Source: Phycisphaerae bacterium RAS2 (GTDB lineage Bacteria > Planctomycetota > Phycisphaerae > UBA1845 > UTPLA1). From it: a stretch of 24,000 bases of DNA. The notes beneath the pieces were generated by a model that worked only from the letters and a program-made list of their open reading frames with translations, did not search any database and was not told the DNA's origin. The number at the start of each line of letters is the position of its first letter. Position 1 is the stretch's first letter. Shown here one piece after another: positions 1 to 8,942 of the stretch. Both the position numbers and the translations under genes were made by a program. The stretch is from the NCBI GenBank assembly GCA_007753915.1, contig CP036352.1, forward strand, positions 2,767,306 through 2,791,305, read 5' to 3'.

Positions 1-124
1 TAAGCGCTTCTACCGCGAGAAGGGCCGTATCCGCCTTCAGCCGGCCAATGAGAAGTACGAGCCGATCTTTGTGACCGAGGTGGACATCCGCGGCGTGGTC
101 ATCGGTGTGATTCGCAAGACGTAG
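1..124 (+). CDS. lexA: LexA-type (S24 peptidase) repressor, C-terminal fragment; 5' end lies outside the window
   Basis: Frame starting at nt 2 reads [40 protein letters not shown], stopping at TAG 122-124. This follows the conserved LexA C-terminal tail pattern (KR[FY]..K...IRLQPxN...EPI......I.G.VIGV.R) as I recall it from B. subtilis LexA. It is absent from the ORF track because the window edge truncates it. Confidence 0.7.
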   Translation, partial: KRFYREKGRIRLQPANEKYEPIFVTEVDIRGVVIGVIRKT

Positions 125-142
125 CAGCGCATGACGCGCTGC
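124..142 (+). terminator. GC-rich hairpin immediately after the lexA stop (possible terminator, no U-tract)
   Basis: GCAGCGC (124-130), loop ATGAC, GCGCTGC (136-142) form a perfect 7-bp stem. No T-run follows, so intrinsic-terminator status is weak. Confidence 0.2.
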
Positions 143-206
143 GAGAGTGCCGATTGCGCGAGCAATTGAAAAAGTGTCGTTGCGCCCAACGGCGGAATCT
201 CCCGAC

Positions 207-470
207 TTACCTCAAGACCCACACGTAGATCAGCGCGGCCGCGATAATCAGTGTTACCGCCGACCAGATGAACTGTTCTATCCTGCGTTTCGCCGGGTTG
301 ACTGCATTGACCCAGCTGCCGCATTGAGGACACTTGATCGCATCAAACGCCATTGTTGCTCCGCAAAGCGGACATGCGGATTCATCCGAGTCGTCGGCGG
401 TGTCGTCATCATCCATGTCGGCCGACTGCGGATCGTCGCGGTCATCTTCGTCATCGTCACGGTAAGGCAT
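207..470 (-). CDS. Small hypothetical protein: acidic N-terminus, CxxC...CxxC zinc ribbon, C-terminal transmembrane helix
   Basis: 87-aa ORF. About 30 N-terminal residues are D/E-rich. CPLCG-x11-CPQCG is a zinc-ribbon signature, and the C-terminal segment FIWSAVTLIIAAALIYVWVL is hydrophobic. The competing + strand ORF 147-476 looks like Arg/Pro-rich junk. No clear SD. It lies 35 nt downstream of the isochorismatase gene on the same strand. Confidence 0.5.
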   Translation of the reverse strand: MPYRDDDEDDRDDPQSADMDDDDTADDSDESACPLCGATMAFDAIKCPQCGSWVNAVNPAKRRIEQFIWSAVTLIIAAALIYVWVLR

Positions 471-505
471 GATTGATCTGCGGAAGCAATGAGACGCCGC
501 AAGGC

Positions 506-1069
506 CTATTTGACGAGTTTGAGGAACTCTTTGAATCGCGGATGGTCACACCGTTCGATCAATTCGAACATCAGCGATTCCACGGTCGAGACGACCACGC
601 CCGCGCTGCGCATTCGATCCAGCGCCGTTTGATAATCCACCGGCCGTCGCGAGCCAACGGCATCGGCCGGGACAAACGGCACATAATCCACGCGCAACAG
701 GTCCAGCGCCGTCTGTTGTATACAAACGTGAGTCTCCACGCCGCACAGGATCACATGCTCCCGTTCGGTGGCCTGCAGCGCCGCGCGAAAGCCCTCGTCT
801 CGCCAACAGCTGCATGTCGTCTTCTCCAATGGACCGGTTGCGCCCGCCAGCGTCTCAACCAACCCGGCGTCGGTCGAACCCAGGCCGCGCGGGTACTGCT
901 CGGTGAAAATAACGGGCACATCGAGCAGCCGCGCCGTCTTCACCAGCACCGCCATGCGCGCCACCAGCGCGTCCGGCGTGCTCGACGAAATCGCCGAGAG
1001 CATCTTCTCCTGCACGTCGATCACAACGAGCGCGGTCAGATCCGCTTCGAGCATGTTGGCATGAGGCAT
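506..1069 (-). CDS. Isochorismatase-family cysteine hydrolase
   Basis: LTALVVIDVQEKM (Asp block), VPVIFTEQYP, and VILCGVETHVCIQQTALDL (nucleophile Cys block) are typical of the isochorismatase/nicotinamidase fold. The ORF is open to 1147, but ATG at 1069 (MPHANMLEADL...) gives a family-typical length of 187 aa. ATG 1054 is an alternative. Confidence 0.85.
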   Translation of the reverse strand: MPHANMLEADLTALVVIDVQEKMLSAISSSTPDALVARMAVLVKTARLLDVPVIFTEQYPRGLGSTDAGLVETLAGATGPLEKTTCSCWRDEGFRAALQATEREHVILCGVETHVCIQQTALDLLRVDYVPFVPADAVGSRRPVDYQTALDRMRSAGVVVSTVESLMFELIERCDHPRFKEFLKLVK

Positions 1070-1190
1070 CGTCGCATCCCTCCGGGCAACGATTGTAGCG
1101 TCTGGCCGCTTGCCCGCGACACGGCGATCATGAGAAGATACCGGCACTTCTCGCGACCAGTCGAATGACCGCCCTCCAGGAGAGTGCGAC

Positions 1191-2243
1191 TTGCCCCGCG
1201 CGACCCGACGACTCCGACGCCGTATCTGGCTCTTTGCTCTTTCGAGCCTCGCGTGCGCCTCGTTGGCCCTGCCGTGGCTGGCGCGCGTTTGGATGGAGTC
1301 GCGCGCGGCCGATGTCCCTCGCGCGGCCTGCCTGCTGTATCACCGTCTCGTCGATGAATCCGCGTTCTCATCGCTTACGCGGGATGAACAACTCTATGCC
1401 ATCACGCCACGCCAGTTCGAATCACAAGTCGATGCACTCGTGACTGACGGCTGGCGGGTTGCATCGCTCGATAACGTGCTAGGCCTCGCGGCGCAGCCCG
1501 TCATCGCGCCTGATGGGGCCGCCATGCCCAAGAACCTGCTCCTCACCTTCGACGACGGATGCGAGTCCATCGCTACGGTGCTGCAGCCGATCCTGCAACG
1601 CCGAGGGTGGCGCGCGACCATCTTCATCACGACGGACCCGCAGGCGGAGGTCTTCCGCACCGGCCTCGCCGCGCAGCCGCGCATGACTGATGCACAGATT
1701 CGCGAACTCGATCCTGACCGGTTCGACCTCGGCTCGCATGGACGCACGCATCGGCCTCTCAATCAACTCGACGACACCGCACTCGACGCCGAATTGCGTG
1801 ATTCACAGATCGCGCTGGCCGCGCTGACGGGCCGTTCAATCACGACACTTGCGATCCCCGGTAACTGGTACGACGCGCGGGTGCTGGAACGCGCCCACCA
1901 CGCGGGCTATCGGGCGGTCTTCACGTCCGACGCCGGGTCGATTCATTCCGGTGACGATCCCATCGGTTTGCCGCGCATCAATGTGCCGGGGTACTTCGCG
2001 CCCGAGCAGCTTGTGTCACGCCTCTCGCCGACGGCGATCGTCCAGCGGCGCATGATCGGCAAATGCCGCAGGGCCTTGGCTACGGTGTTTGGGGAGGAAT
2101 TGGCCGGGAAGACTGCTTACATAATATGGAGGGCCGGCGGCTGGCCGGAGACGCTCATTCCGCTGTTTTCGCACTTGGCCATGTTTGCGTACACGATGCG
2201 GCGCCACCGCGAGATAACTCAAGCTGCTACCTCTGTGGTCTGA
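1191..2243 (+). CDS. Polysaccharide deacetylase (CE4/NodB domain), membrane-anchored
   Basis: Shows the CE4 motifs LLLTFDDG and GSHGRTH, plus the upstream LLYHRL...ITPRQFESQVDAL block common in EPS/PG deacetylases. Hydrophobic segments occur at the N-terminus (IWLFALSSLACASLALPWL) and C-terminus. TTG start at 1191 is preceded by AGGAGAG 9 nt upstream. Confidence 0.85.
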   Translation: MPRATRRLRRRIWLFALSSLACASLALPWLARVWMESRAADVPRAACLLYHRLVDESAFSSLTRDEQLYAITPRQFESQVDALVTDGWRVASLDNVLGLAAQPVIAPDGAAMPKNLLLTFDDGCESIATVLQPILQRRGWRATIFITTDPQAEVFRTGLAAQPRMTDAQIRELDPDRFDLGSHGRTHRPLNQLDDTALDAELRDSQIALAALTGRSITTLAIPGNWYDARVLERAHHAGYRAVFTSDAGSIHSGDDPIGLPRINVPGYFAPEQLVSRLSPTAIVQRRMIGKCRRALATVFGEELAGKTAYIIWRAGGWPETLIPLFSHLAMFAYTMRRHREITQAATSVV

Positions 2244-3768
2244 CCGTCTGACGGGCCAGTGCCATCACCACACCGTACACCGCAAACGAAATCCCAAAGC
2301 TGATGAACCACGCATAGTGGTACAGGTCCATCCAGATCGGTGCGACCTTTAACGTGGTGACCGTCCCGACAAACCCCGGTACGCAAGGCACGATGCCGAA
2401 GATGAGCGCAAGCAAGGCGACGGGATTAAATCCGCCGATGTACCAATACGGGCCGGCGCGGTCGTACAGCCCCTTCACATCCAACTTCGCGCGGCGAACG
2501 AGATAATAATCCGCGATCAGCACGCCCCCCACCGCGCCGAGCAGCGCCGAATACGCAACAAGCCATTTGAAGATATACCCCGTCGGGTCCGCGACGAGCT
2601 TCCACGGCTGCATCACGATTCCGATGATGCCCGTAATCAGCCCGCCGGTGCGGAACGAAATGCGACGCGGCGAGAGGTGCGCAAAATCATTCGCCGGGCT
2701 GACGACGTTCGCGGCGATGTTCGTCGCCAGCGTCGCAAGGCACAGCGCGAACATGGCGATCACCAGCACGACGGGGTTCTTGAACTTCGTCATCAGGATG
2801 ACTGGGTCCCAGATCGCCTGATCGTGCGGTAGGTTGTAAATGACGATCGTCGCCGACGTGACCGCCACGCCGATGAACGAATACAGTGCCATGGTCGGTG
2901 GCAGGCCGACCGCCTGACCCACGACCTGATTCCTCTGCGAGAAGGCATAGCGTGAAAAATCGGGAATGTTCAGCGAGAGCGTCGCCCAGAAGCCGACGTT
3001 GGCCGTCAGCGCAGGGAAGAAGAACTTCCAGAACGCGCCTTCCTTCGGCTGCCCCGGCGCGAACGCCGACGGCTCCGACAGCATCGGCCCGAATCCACCC
3101 GCCTGCCGATAAGCCCACGCGAGCAGAAGCAACCCCAGCACGATCAGCAGCGGCGCTTTGATGTTCAACAGAATGCGGATTGACTCGATCCCCCGGTAGA
3201 TCACCCACATGTTGATCAGCCAGAAAAACAAAAAACACGCGAGTTGTGCCGCGTTGATGTCAATCCCAGAGAGCTTTGGCAGATCGTTCCAGCTTGTGAA
3301 TTGCACCGCGAGGATCTGGTAAATCGCCCAGCCGCCGATCCAGGTCTGAATCCCGAACCAACCGCACGCCACCAGCGCCCGCAGCAACGCCGGCACGTTC
3401 GCGCCGAGGATGCCGAACGAGGGCCGGCAATACACCGGGAACGGGATGCCGTACTTCGTCCCCGCGTGCGCGTTGAGAATCATCGGGATCAGCACGATGA
3501 CGTTGGCCAGAAATATCGTGCCGACCGCCTGCCACCAGTTCATGCCCTCGGCGATCAGGCTCGACGCCAGCATGTAAGTCGGCACGCACGCCGCCATCGA
3601 GATCCACAGCGCCGCGATGTCCTTCGTGCCCCACTTGCGCTGCGCGACCGTCGTTGGCGCCATGTCCGCCGAGTAGTACGGCGAGCGCATCAGGCTGCTC
3701 TGGTCTGCGTACTCGACGATGCCGCCGGTCGTCACGCTGACCTCCGCATTGCTGCTGCTGTTTCGCAT
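2227..3768 (-). CDS. NCS1-family nucleobase/thiamine/allantoin:cation symporter
   Basis: Polytopic membrane protein. Its N-terminal block YSADMAPTTVAQRKWGTKDIAALWISMA resembles the NCS1 signature (..DLAPT...R.W......W...). At ~513 aa it matches the 12-TM NCS1 size. The ORF is open to 3900, but ATG at 3768 avoids overlap with murG (stop at 3827). Confidence 0.88.
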   Translation of the reverse strand: MRNSSSNAEVSVTTGGIVEYADQSSLMRSPYYSADMAPTTVAQRKWGTKDIAALWISMAACVPTYMLASSLIAEGMNWWQAVGTIFLANVIVLIPMILNAHAGTKYGIPFPVYCRPSFGILGANVPALLRALVACGWFGIQTWIGGWAIYQILAVQFTSWNDLPKLSGIDINAAQLACFLFFWLINMWVIYRGIESIRILLNIKAPLLIVLGLLLLAWAYRQAGGFGPMLSEPSAFAPGQPKEGAFWKFFFPALTANVGFWATLSLNIPDFSRYAFSQRNQVVGQAVGLPPTMALYSFIGVAVTSATIVIYNLPHDQAIWDPVILMTKFKNPVVLVIAMFALCLATLATNIAANVVSPANDFAHLSPRRISFRTGGLITGIIGIVMQPWKLVADPTGYIFKWLVAYSALLGAVGGVLIADYYLVRRAKLDVKGLYDRAGPYWYIGGFNPVALLALIFGIVPCVPGFVGTVTTLKVAPIWMDLYHYAWFISFGISFAVYGVVMALARQTVRPQR

Positions 3769-3826
3769 GACGTTTTCCGTTTGCGCGAACGTTTCGAGTG
3801 CGGCAAGCAAGCTCGCCAACCAAACA

Positions 3827-4948
3827 TCACCCTTCGCGACCGGCCATCTCGAACAACGACATCGCCATCGACTCGGCCGCATCCTCACGCGCCAGAGCAC
3901 GGGCTGCCTGCGTCATGCGCTTGCGGCGGTGATCCGATTTCATCAGGTCGCGCAGCACCGGCAGCAGGCGTTTCGCGTTTTCCTTCGGGTCGTTCGAATC
4001 GTCGATCATTTCCGCGGCCTTCGCATCCACCAGCACCCGCGCGTTAGCGGTCTGATGCTTGTGCCGGTCGAACGGATATGGCATGAGCACGCTCGGCAAT
4101 CCCATCGCGGTGATCTCGGCCAACGTGGATGCCCCCGCACGCGAAATCACCAGGTCACAAGCGGCCATGCACTCCGGCATGTGCTCGGTGAACGAAAGCA
4201 CCCGCGCATCAACCCCCGCGCTCTTGTACGCCTGCTTGCACGCGTCCAGATCGGCGCTGCCCGTCAGGTGAACCACCTGCCAGTTGTTCGCGACGGTCCA
4301 AAGCTCCATCAGCTCCAACGCCGCCATGTTCACCGAATGCGCCCCCTGCGACGCTCCCGTGATCAAGATCGCCGGCCGCTCCGAATCCAGCTTGAGCGCG
4401 CGGCATCCCGCCTGCCGAGACATCTTCCCAAACCCCGGCCGGATCGGGCAGCCCGTCACCACCACCTCGCGCGCCTTAGGGAAGCGATCCTTGCTATCCT
4501 CCCATTGCACGAAGACCTTGTCCACCAGGCCCGACAGTTTCTGATTCGCGCGCCCTGGCACCGCGTCGGGATTGAAAATCGCCGTCGGCACGCCCAGCTT
4601 CGACGCAGCCACCACCGCCGGCCCGGCCGCATAACCCCCCAGCCCCAGCACCATCGACGGCATTCGATCTTCAAACCGCGCCCGCGCCGCGCGAACCGAT
4701 TTGCGCCATGCCAGCAGGAACCCCGGCCATTTCATCGGATTGCTCGGCCACGGCCGCACGACTTGCTTGACCAGTTCATACCCGCGCGACTTGGCCAGCT
4801 TGTGATCGATCTCGCGCGTCGTGCCGAAGATCGTCACGTCGAAATTGGGTTGAAGTGTCTTAATGGCCTGCGCAACGGCCAGCCCGGGGTACAAGTGCCC
4901 CCCGGTTCCCCCGCCGGCGATGACAAACCAGGGCTGTGACGTGCTCAT
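3827..4948 (-). CDS. murG: UDP-N-acetylglucosamine--N-acetylmuramyl-(pentapeptide) pyrophosphoryl-undecaprenol GlcNAc transferase
   Basis: N-terminal G-loop FVIAGGGTGGHLYPGLAVA is present. The size (373 aa) and GT28 layout fit, as does the position after ftsW. ATG at 4948 (MSTSQPW...) is chosen; the ORF-track extension to 5119 overlaps ftsW and is Arg/Pro-rich. Confidence 0.95.
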   Translation of the reverse strand: MSTSQPWFVIAGGGTGGHLYPGLAVAQAIKTLQPNFDVTIFGTTREIDHKLAKSRGYELVKQVVRPWPSNPMKWPGFLLAWRKSVRAARARFEDRMPSMVLGLGGYAAGPAVVAASKLGVPTAIFNPDAVPGRANQKLSGLVDKVFVQWEDSKDRFPKAREVVVTGCPIRPGFGKMSRQAGCRALKLDSERPAILITGASQGAHSVNMAALELMELWTVANNWQVVHLTGSADLDACKQAYKSAGVDARVLSFTEHMPECMAACDLVISRAGASTLAEITAMGLPSVLMPYPFDRHKHQTANARVLVDAKAAEMIDDSNDPKENAKRLLPVLRDLMKSDHRRKRMTQAARALAREDAAESMAMSLFEMAGREG

Positions 4949-4973
4949 GCAGTTGCGCAATCGCGGTCGGGGT

Positions 4974-6224
4974 TCATTGCGTCGTCGAAGCTCCGGCCAG
5001 GCCTGACAACGGGATGCTGGGGGCTGAATTCTGCGTGGCGGCAAAGATACCGCCTGTCTCCACCCGGCCCTCCGCACCTGATACGCTGCGATATCTTGCC
5101 GTGTTCGCCATGAGTCCAAGCAAGAAGCTGTAAAACAACACGCCGCTGCCCCCCGCCGACACGAGCGGCAGGCCGATCCCCTTGGTCGGCATCGACACCG
5201 TCACCACCGCGACATTCATCGCCGCCTGGAGGCCGATCAGAATCGTTACGCCGAACGCGATCAGCCGGCCGAAGGGCGTCGGGGCGATGGCCACGGCCTT
5301 GCGCCCCTGCCAGATGAGCACGGCGAACAGGCCGATGACCGCCAGCCCGCCGATGATGCCCAGCTCTTCGCAGATGACCGAGAAGATAAAATCGCTTCGC
5401 CCTTCGGGCAGGTAGCCATATTTCTGCACGCCGCCGCCCAGACCCAGCCCCCACCAGCCGCCCGATGCGATCGTGATCAGCGACTGCATCGGCTGATAGC
5501 TCTTGCCCTGCGCGTCCAATTCGGGGTTGCGAAACGCAAGCAGGCGATCCATGCGGTACTGCTCGGCCGTGAGAAGGTAGACCAGCCCCGCGACGATTGG
5601 AATCGCCAGCAGCCCGAGGTGCCACCATCGTGCCCCGGCCGCCAGCAGGATGCACCCGCCGACCGCGACGACGAGCGCCGCCGTGCCGAGGTCTTCCTTG
5701 CCGATCAGCGCGCCGACGATGGCGACGATAAAGAGCAGCGGCAGCAGACCAGTCCAGAACTTACGCACACGATCGCCCATCCGCGCGCAAACACCCGACA
5801 GGAAAATAATGATGCCGACCTTGGCAACTTCCGATGGCTGAAAGCCCAGCCCCAGCGACGACGGCCCGAGCGACAACCACCGCCGCGCGCCGTTGCGCTC
5901 CTCGCCGATGCCGGGGATGAGTACCGCCACAAGAAGTCCAACGACTGCAATCAACATAAACACCGAGGGCTGCCACCAGGTGCCGCGGCGAATCCGCCAC
6001 GCGTCATACGGACACAAGCTAACCAGCAGCAGCGTGACCATGCCGATGCCGCTGAAGGCGGCCTGGCGAACCGCAGAATTCTTGAGCGGCTCCTGCAGGA
6101 TCGGCGGTGCGGTGAGGCTCGCCGACGCCGAAAAAACCATGACCATGCCGAGGGAAAGAAGCGCCGCGCCAACGATCGTGATCGTCGCGCTGCACGAAGT
6201 GGGCTTGCTGTCGAGATTGAGCAT
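4974..6224 (-). CDS. ftsW: SEDS-family lipid II flippase/peptidoglycan polymerase FtsW
   Basis: Polytopic SEDS protein. The C-terminal block MPTKGIGLPLVSAGGSGVL resembles the FtsW/RodA LP[FL][IV]SYGGSS motif. It lies between mraY and murG. ATG 6224 has an AGGGA ~8 nt upstream; a TTG at 6254 is an alternative start. Confidence 0.9.
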   Translation of the reverse strand: MLNLDSKPTSCSATITIVGAALLSLGMVMVFSASASLTAPPILQEPLKNSAVRQAAFSGIGMVTLLLVSLCPYDAWRIRRGTWWQPSVFMLIAVVGLLVAVLIPGIGEERNGARRWLSLGPSSLGLGFQPSEVAKVGIIIFLSGVCARMGDRVRKFWTGLLPLLFIVAIVGALIGKEDLGTAALVVAVGGCILLAAGARWWHLGLLAIPIVAGLVYLLTAEQYRMDRLLAFRNPELDAQGKSYQPMQSLITIASGGWWGLGLGGGVQKYGYLPEGRSDFIFSVICEELGIIGGLAVIGLFAVLIWQGRKAVAIAPTPFGRLIAFGVTILIGLQAAMNVAVVTVSMPTKGIGLPLVSAGGSGVLFYSFLLGLMANTARYRSVSGAEGRVETGGIFAATQNSAPSIPLSGLAGASTTQ

Positions 6225-6314
6225 CTGGGCATCCCTGCCGCGGGGCGCGATCAACAGTCGCCCCGGTATGCGATCATTCCGACGACGGCATCGTACCGTC
6301 GCCGTTCGCCGATG

Positions 6315-7445
6315 TCACCGCAACTTGGTCGTGGCCAGTGCAAAGGCCGCGAAAATCGCCGCGAGCAGCCAGAACCGCGTGACGACCTGCGTTTCCTTCC
6401 AGCCGCCGAGCTGAAAATGATGGTGAATCGGTGCGACACGGAAGATGCGCTTGCCGCCGGACATTTTGAAGTACCCGACCTGCAGCATGACCGACAACGC
6501 CTCGATCACAAACACACCGCCGACGATGAACAGCATCACTTCCTGACGGATCACGATCGCCACGAAGCCGATCAGGCCGCCCAGCGGCAGCGAACCGGTG
6601 TCGCCCATGAACACCTGCGCGGGGTGGCAATTGTACCAGAGGAACCCCAGGCACGCCCCCATCATCGCGCCGCACAGCACGGCCAATTCACCCGCCTGCG
6701 GGATGAACGGAAACAGCAAATACTCCGCGACGCGCTCGTCTCCGACTGCCCACGACAACAGCATGAACACACAGCAGCACAGCGCGACGCACCCGCTGGC
6801 GAGGCCGTCCATGCCGTCGGTGAGGTTGACCGCGTTGGACGTTCCCGCGACGACCAGCACCGTCATCGTGAGAAAAGCCCACGACGGAAGCAGAAAGCCG
6901 TATTCGTATTCGCCCTTGAAGAACGGCAGTGTGAGAATCCGGTAGTGCTCGACCTCGAAGTCGGCGAAGGTCGCCCGGCCCCGGTCATAGATGAAGTACC
7001 CCAGCATCACACCGAGGCCCACCTGAAAGAGAATCTTCTGGTAGAACTTCAACCCGTCGCGCGAGCCGCCGCGGGCCTTGTCGCGCAGCTTGATCCAGTC
7101 ATCGATGAACCCCAGCGCCGTCAGCCAGACCAGGCAGACAAACGCCATGTGAATGTATAATACTGTCAAATTCGCCAGCAGCACCGTGCTCAAGCCGACC
7201 GCTCCCACGATCAGGACGCCGCCCATCGTCGGCACGTTCTTCTTGTCCTTGGTCAGCTCGTTCAGCGCCGTGTGGTCGAAGTCGGGGATGTCGCCCACTT
7301 TCAACCGGACCAGTTGCCGGATCACCCACGGCCCGACCAGCCACACGATGAAGAACCCGACGAGGATCGCGCAGATGCCCCGAAAGAGCGGATTCTGATA
7401 CCCGTAGTTGCCGGGAAGGAAATGATTGAGCAGATGGTATATCAC
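6315..7445 (-). CDS. mraY: Phospho-N-acetylmuramoyl-pentapeptide transferase
   Basis: MIYHLLNHF... N-terminus, NAVNLTDGMDGLA, and HPAQVFMGDTGSLPLGGL are MraY hallmark blocks. GTG start at 7445 has GAGAGA upstream. Confidence 0.96.
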   Translation of the reverse strand: MIYHLLNHFLPGNYGYQNPLFRGICAILVGFFIVWLVGPWVIRQLVRLKVGDIPDFDHTALNELTKDKKNVPTMGGVLIVGAVGLSTVLLANLTVLYIHMAFVCLVWLTALGFIDDWIKLRDKARGGSRDGLKFYQKILFQVGLGVMLGYFIYDRGRATFADFEVEHYRILTLPFFKGEYEYGFLLPSWAFLTMTVLVVAGTSNAVNLTDGMDGLASGCVALCCCVFMLLSWAVGDERVAEYLLFPFIPQAGELAVLCGAMMGACLGFLWYNCHPAQVFMGDTGSLPLGGLIGFVAIVIRQEVMLFIVGGVFVIEALSVMLQVGYFKMSGGKRIFRVAPIHHHFQLGGWKETQVVTRFWLLAAIFAAFALATTKLR

Positions 7446-7541
7446 GCGCGATGGTCTCTCGATTGAATCCGTCTATATCGGCAGAATCTGCATGCCGACT
7501 GCCGCTTTTCGCGCGATTCGCCCGGCTTTCGAAGCGGCGCC

Positions 7542-8942
7542 CTAGGCCGCGCCCGTTGCGGCCGGGGACCGCTTGTCCAGCCCCTCCAGCAACCGCTCCA
7601 ATCGCATGCCCCGAGACCCCTTCAACAGAACGATATCACCAGGCTCCAGGAGCTCCCGCAATCGGCCCGACAGCGCCTCCACCGTCGGGAACGCATAGAT
7701 TCGTTTGCTCGTCCCGGCGGACTTTGTCGCCCCATCCACCACCGCCCGCGAATGCCCACCGACCGCGATGATCACTTTCGCGCTGGATCGCCCCGCCTCC
7801 AATCCCACCGACGCATGGCATCGTTCCGACTCATCCCCCAGCTCCCGCATGTCGCCAAGGACGAAAACGCGCCGACCCACGGCGGGCCACTCGTCCACCG
7901 CCTCAAACGCCGCCTTCATGCTCGTCGGGTTCGCGTTGTACGCGTCGTTGATCACCGTCCACTCGCCGAGTTGCATCGGTTCCAGCCTCATCTTGGCCGG
8001 TCGAACGGTCTCGAGTGCCGCCGCGATCTCACCGTGCGTCATCTTCAACCGCAGACCAATTGCCACGGCCGCCAATGCGTTCACCACGTTGTGCCGACCG
8101 ATCAACGGCAGTCGATAGTCGAACTTGCCGTTGACGCGAAAACGCATGCCCGCGCGATCCGCCGACAGCTCCGTCGCGCGAAGATCGGCCGACTCGGCAA
8201 AGCCATACACCAGTCGCGTACACCGCTCCGGCAGTTTGCCCGGTGCGAAGGCTGCCGCCTGCTCGCTCATTGCCAAAAATGCTCGGCCGCCAAGATTCGC
8301 AACGATTGAGAACTCCTCGCTCGCCACGGCGTCCAGCGTGCCGAAGAATTCGAGATGCTCTTCGCCAATGCTCGTCACCACCGCGAGATCGGGCTGCGCC
8401 ATGCGCCCCAGCGCCGCCACTTCACCGGGATGGTTCGTGCCGACTTCCACAACGACGTACTGATCCGCCGGCTCGACCGACAGCAGCGTCAGTGGCACGC
8501 CGATGTGATTGTTAAAACTCCCCTGCGCCGCCTTGCCGCGGAGCTTGCCGCCCAGCACCGTAGCGATCAAATCCTTGGTCGTCGTCTTTCCGTTACTGCC
8601 GACCACGGCAATGACCTGCGCAGCGAACTGCCGGCGGTACCATCCCGCGAGCTTCCCCAGCGCCGCCGTCACGTCCGGCACCTGGATGACCCGACCTCCA
8701 CGATGAAACTGGTCCGCCACGGCCGACAGATCGCTCACCACGGCGCAGGCCGCCCCGCGCGCCAGAACATTGTTCACAAATGCGTGACCGTCATGGTTCT
8801 CGCCGCGCAAGGCGAAGAACAGCCCACTGGTCACATCGTGCCGTGAATCGGTCACGATGCGATGAACCGCCGGCACGGTCAGCTCGCCAAGCAGCCGCCC
8901 CGCCATCGCCGTGCAGATTTCAGGGATCGTTAGCGCGCGCAT
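7542..8942 (-). CDS. murF: UDP-N-acetylmuramoyl-tripeptide--D-alanyl-D-alanine ligase
   Basis: Mur ligase with P-loop VVGSNGKTTTKD and a MurF-type N-terminal domain. ATG at 8942 (MRALTIPEI...) gives 466 aa and overlaps the murE stop by 13 nt (ATGCGCGCGCTAA). The ORF-track extension to 9302 is Arg-rich overlap with murE. Confidence 0.95.
   Translation of the reverse strand: MRALTIPEICTAMAGRLLGELTVPAVHRIVTDSRHDVTSGLFFALRGENHDGHAFVNNVLARGAACAVVSDLSAVADQFHRGGRVIQVPDVTAALGKLAGWYRRQFAAQVIAVVGSNGKTTTKDLIATVLGGKLRGKAAQGSFNNHIGVPLTLLSVEPADQYVVVEVGTNHPGEVAALGRMAQPDLAVVTSIGEEHLEFFGTLDAVASEEFSIVANLGGRAFLAMSEQAAAFAPGKLPERCTRLVYGFAESADLRATELSADRAGMRFRVNGKFDYRLPLIGRHNVVNALAAVAIGLRLKMTHGEIAAALETVRPAKMRLEPMQLGEWTVINDAYNANPTSMKAAFEAVDEWPAVGRRVFVLGDMRELGDESERCHASVGLEAGRSSAKVIIAVGGHSRAVVDGATKSAGTSKRIYAFPTVEALSGRLRELLEPGDIVLLKGSRGMRLERLLEGLDKRSPAATGAA

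Noticed and set aside
2227-2243. 17-nt convergent overlap of the CE4 deacetylase and NCS1 permease 3' ends.
   Set aside because: The overlap is real in the sequence (TGA 2241-2243 versus TAG complement 2227-2229). Such overlaps are common in compact genomes, and I see no evidence of special function.
2582-2592. An 11-nt partial copy (GTCGGGTCCGC) of the 13-bp inverted-repeat motif, inside the NCS1 coding region.
   Set aside because: It is shorter, lies within a conserved CDS and has no partner copy, so it is most likely chance in a GC-rich genome. It does temper the significance of the 23020/23693 pair.
3769-3826. Possible riboswitch (for example TPP or purine) upstream of the NCS1 transporter.
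   Set aside because: Only 58 nt separate the murG stop from the permease start, which is too short for known riboswitch aptamers plus an expression platform. No conserved aptamer motifs were seen.
5619-7160. Long + strand ORFs antisense to the dcw, BshC-like, gdh and rlmI genes: 513 aa at 5619-7160, and also 8780-10294, 3719-4939, 3244-4047, 15158-16243, 20649-21377 and 21406-22170.
   Set aside because: All lie opposite genes with strong family motifs. They are Arg/Pro/His-rich low-complexity translations with no recognisable domains. Such stop-free antisense frames are expected at ~65% GC.
7501-7538. Inverted repeat GCCGCTT...AAGCGGC right after the murF stop, considered as a possible terminator or attenuator before mraY.
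   Set aside because: The 7-bp stem has a ~24-nt loop and no U-tract. A terminator between murF and mraY is implausible, so this is probably fortuitous GC-rich symmetry.
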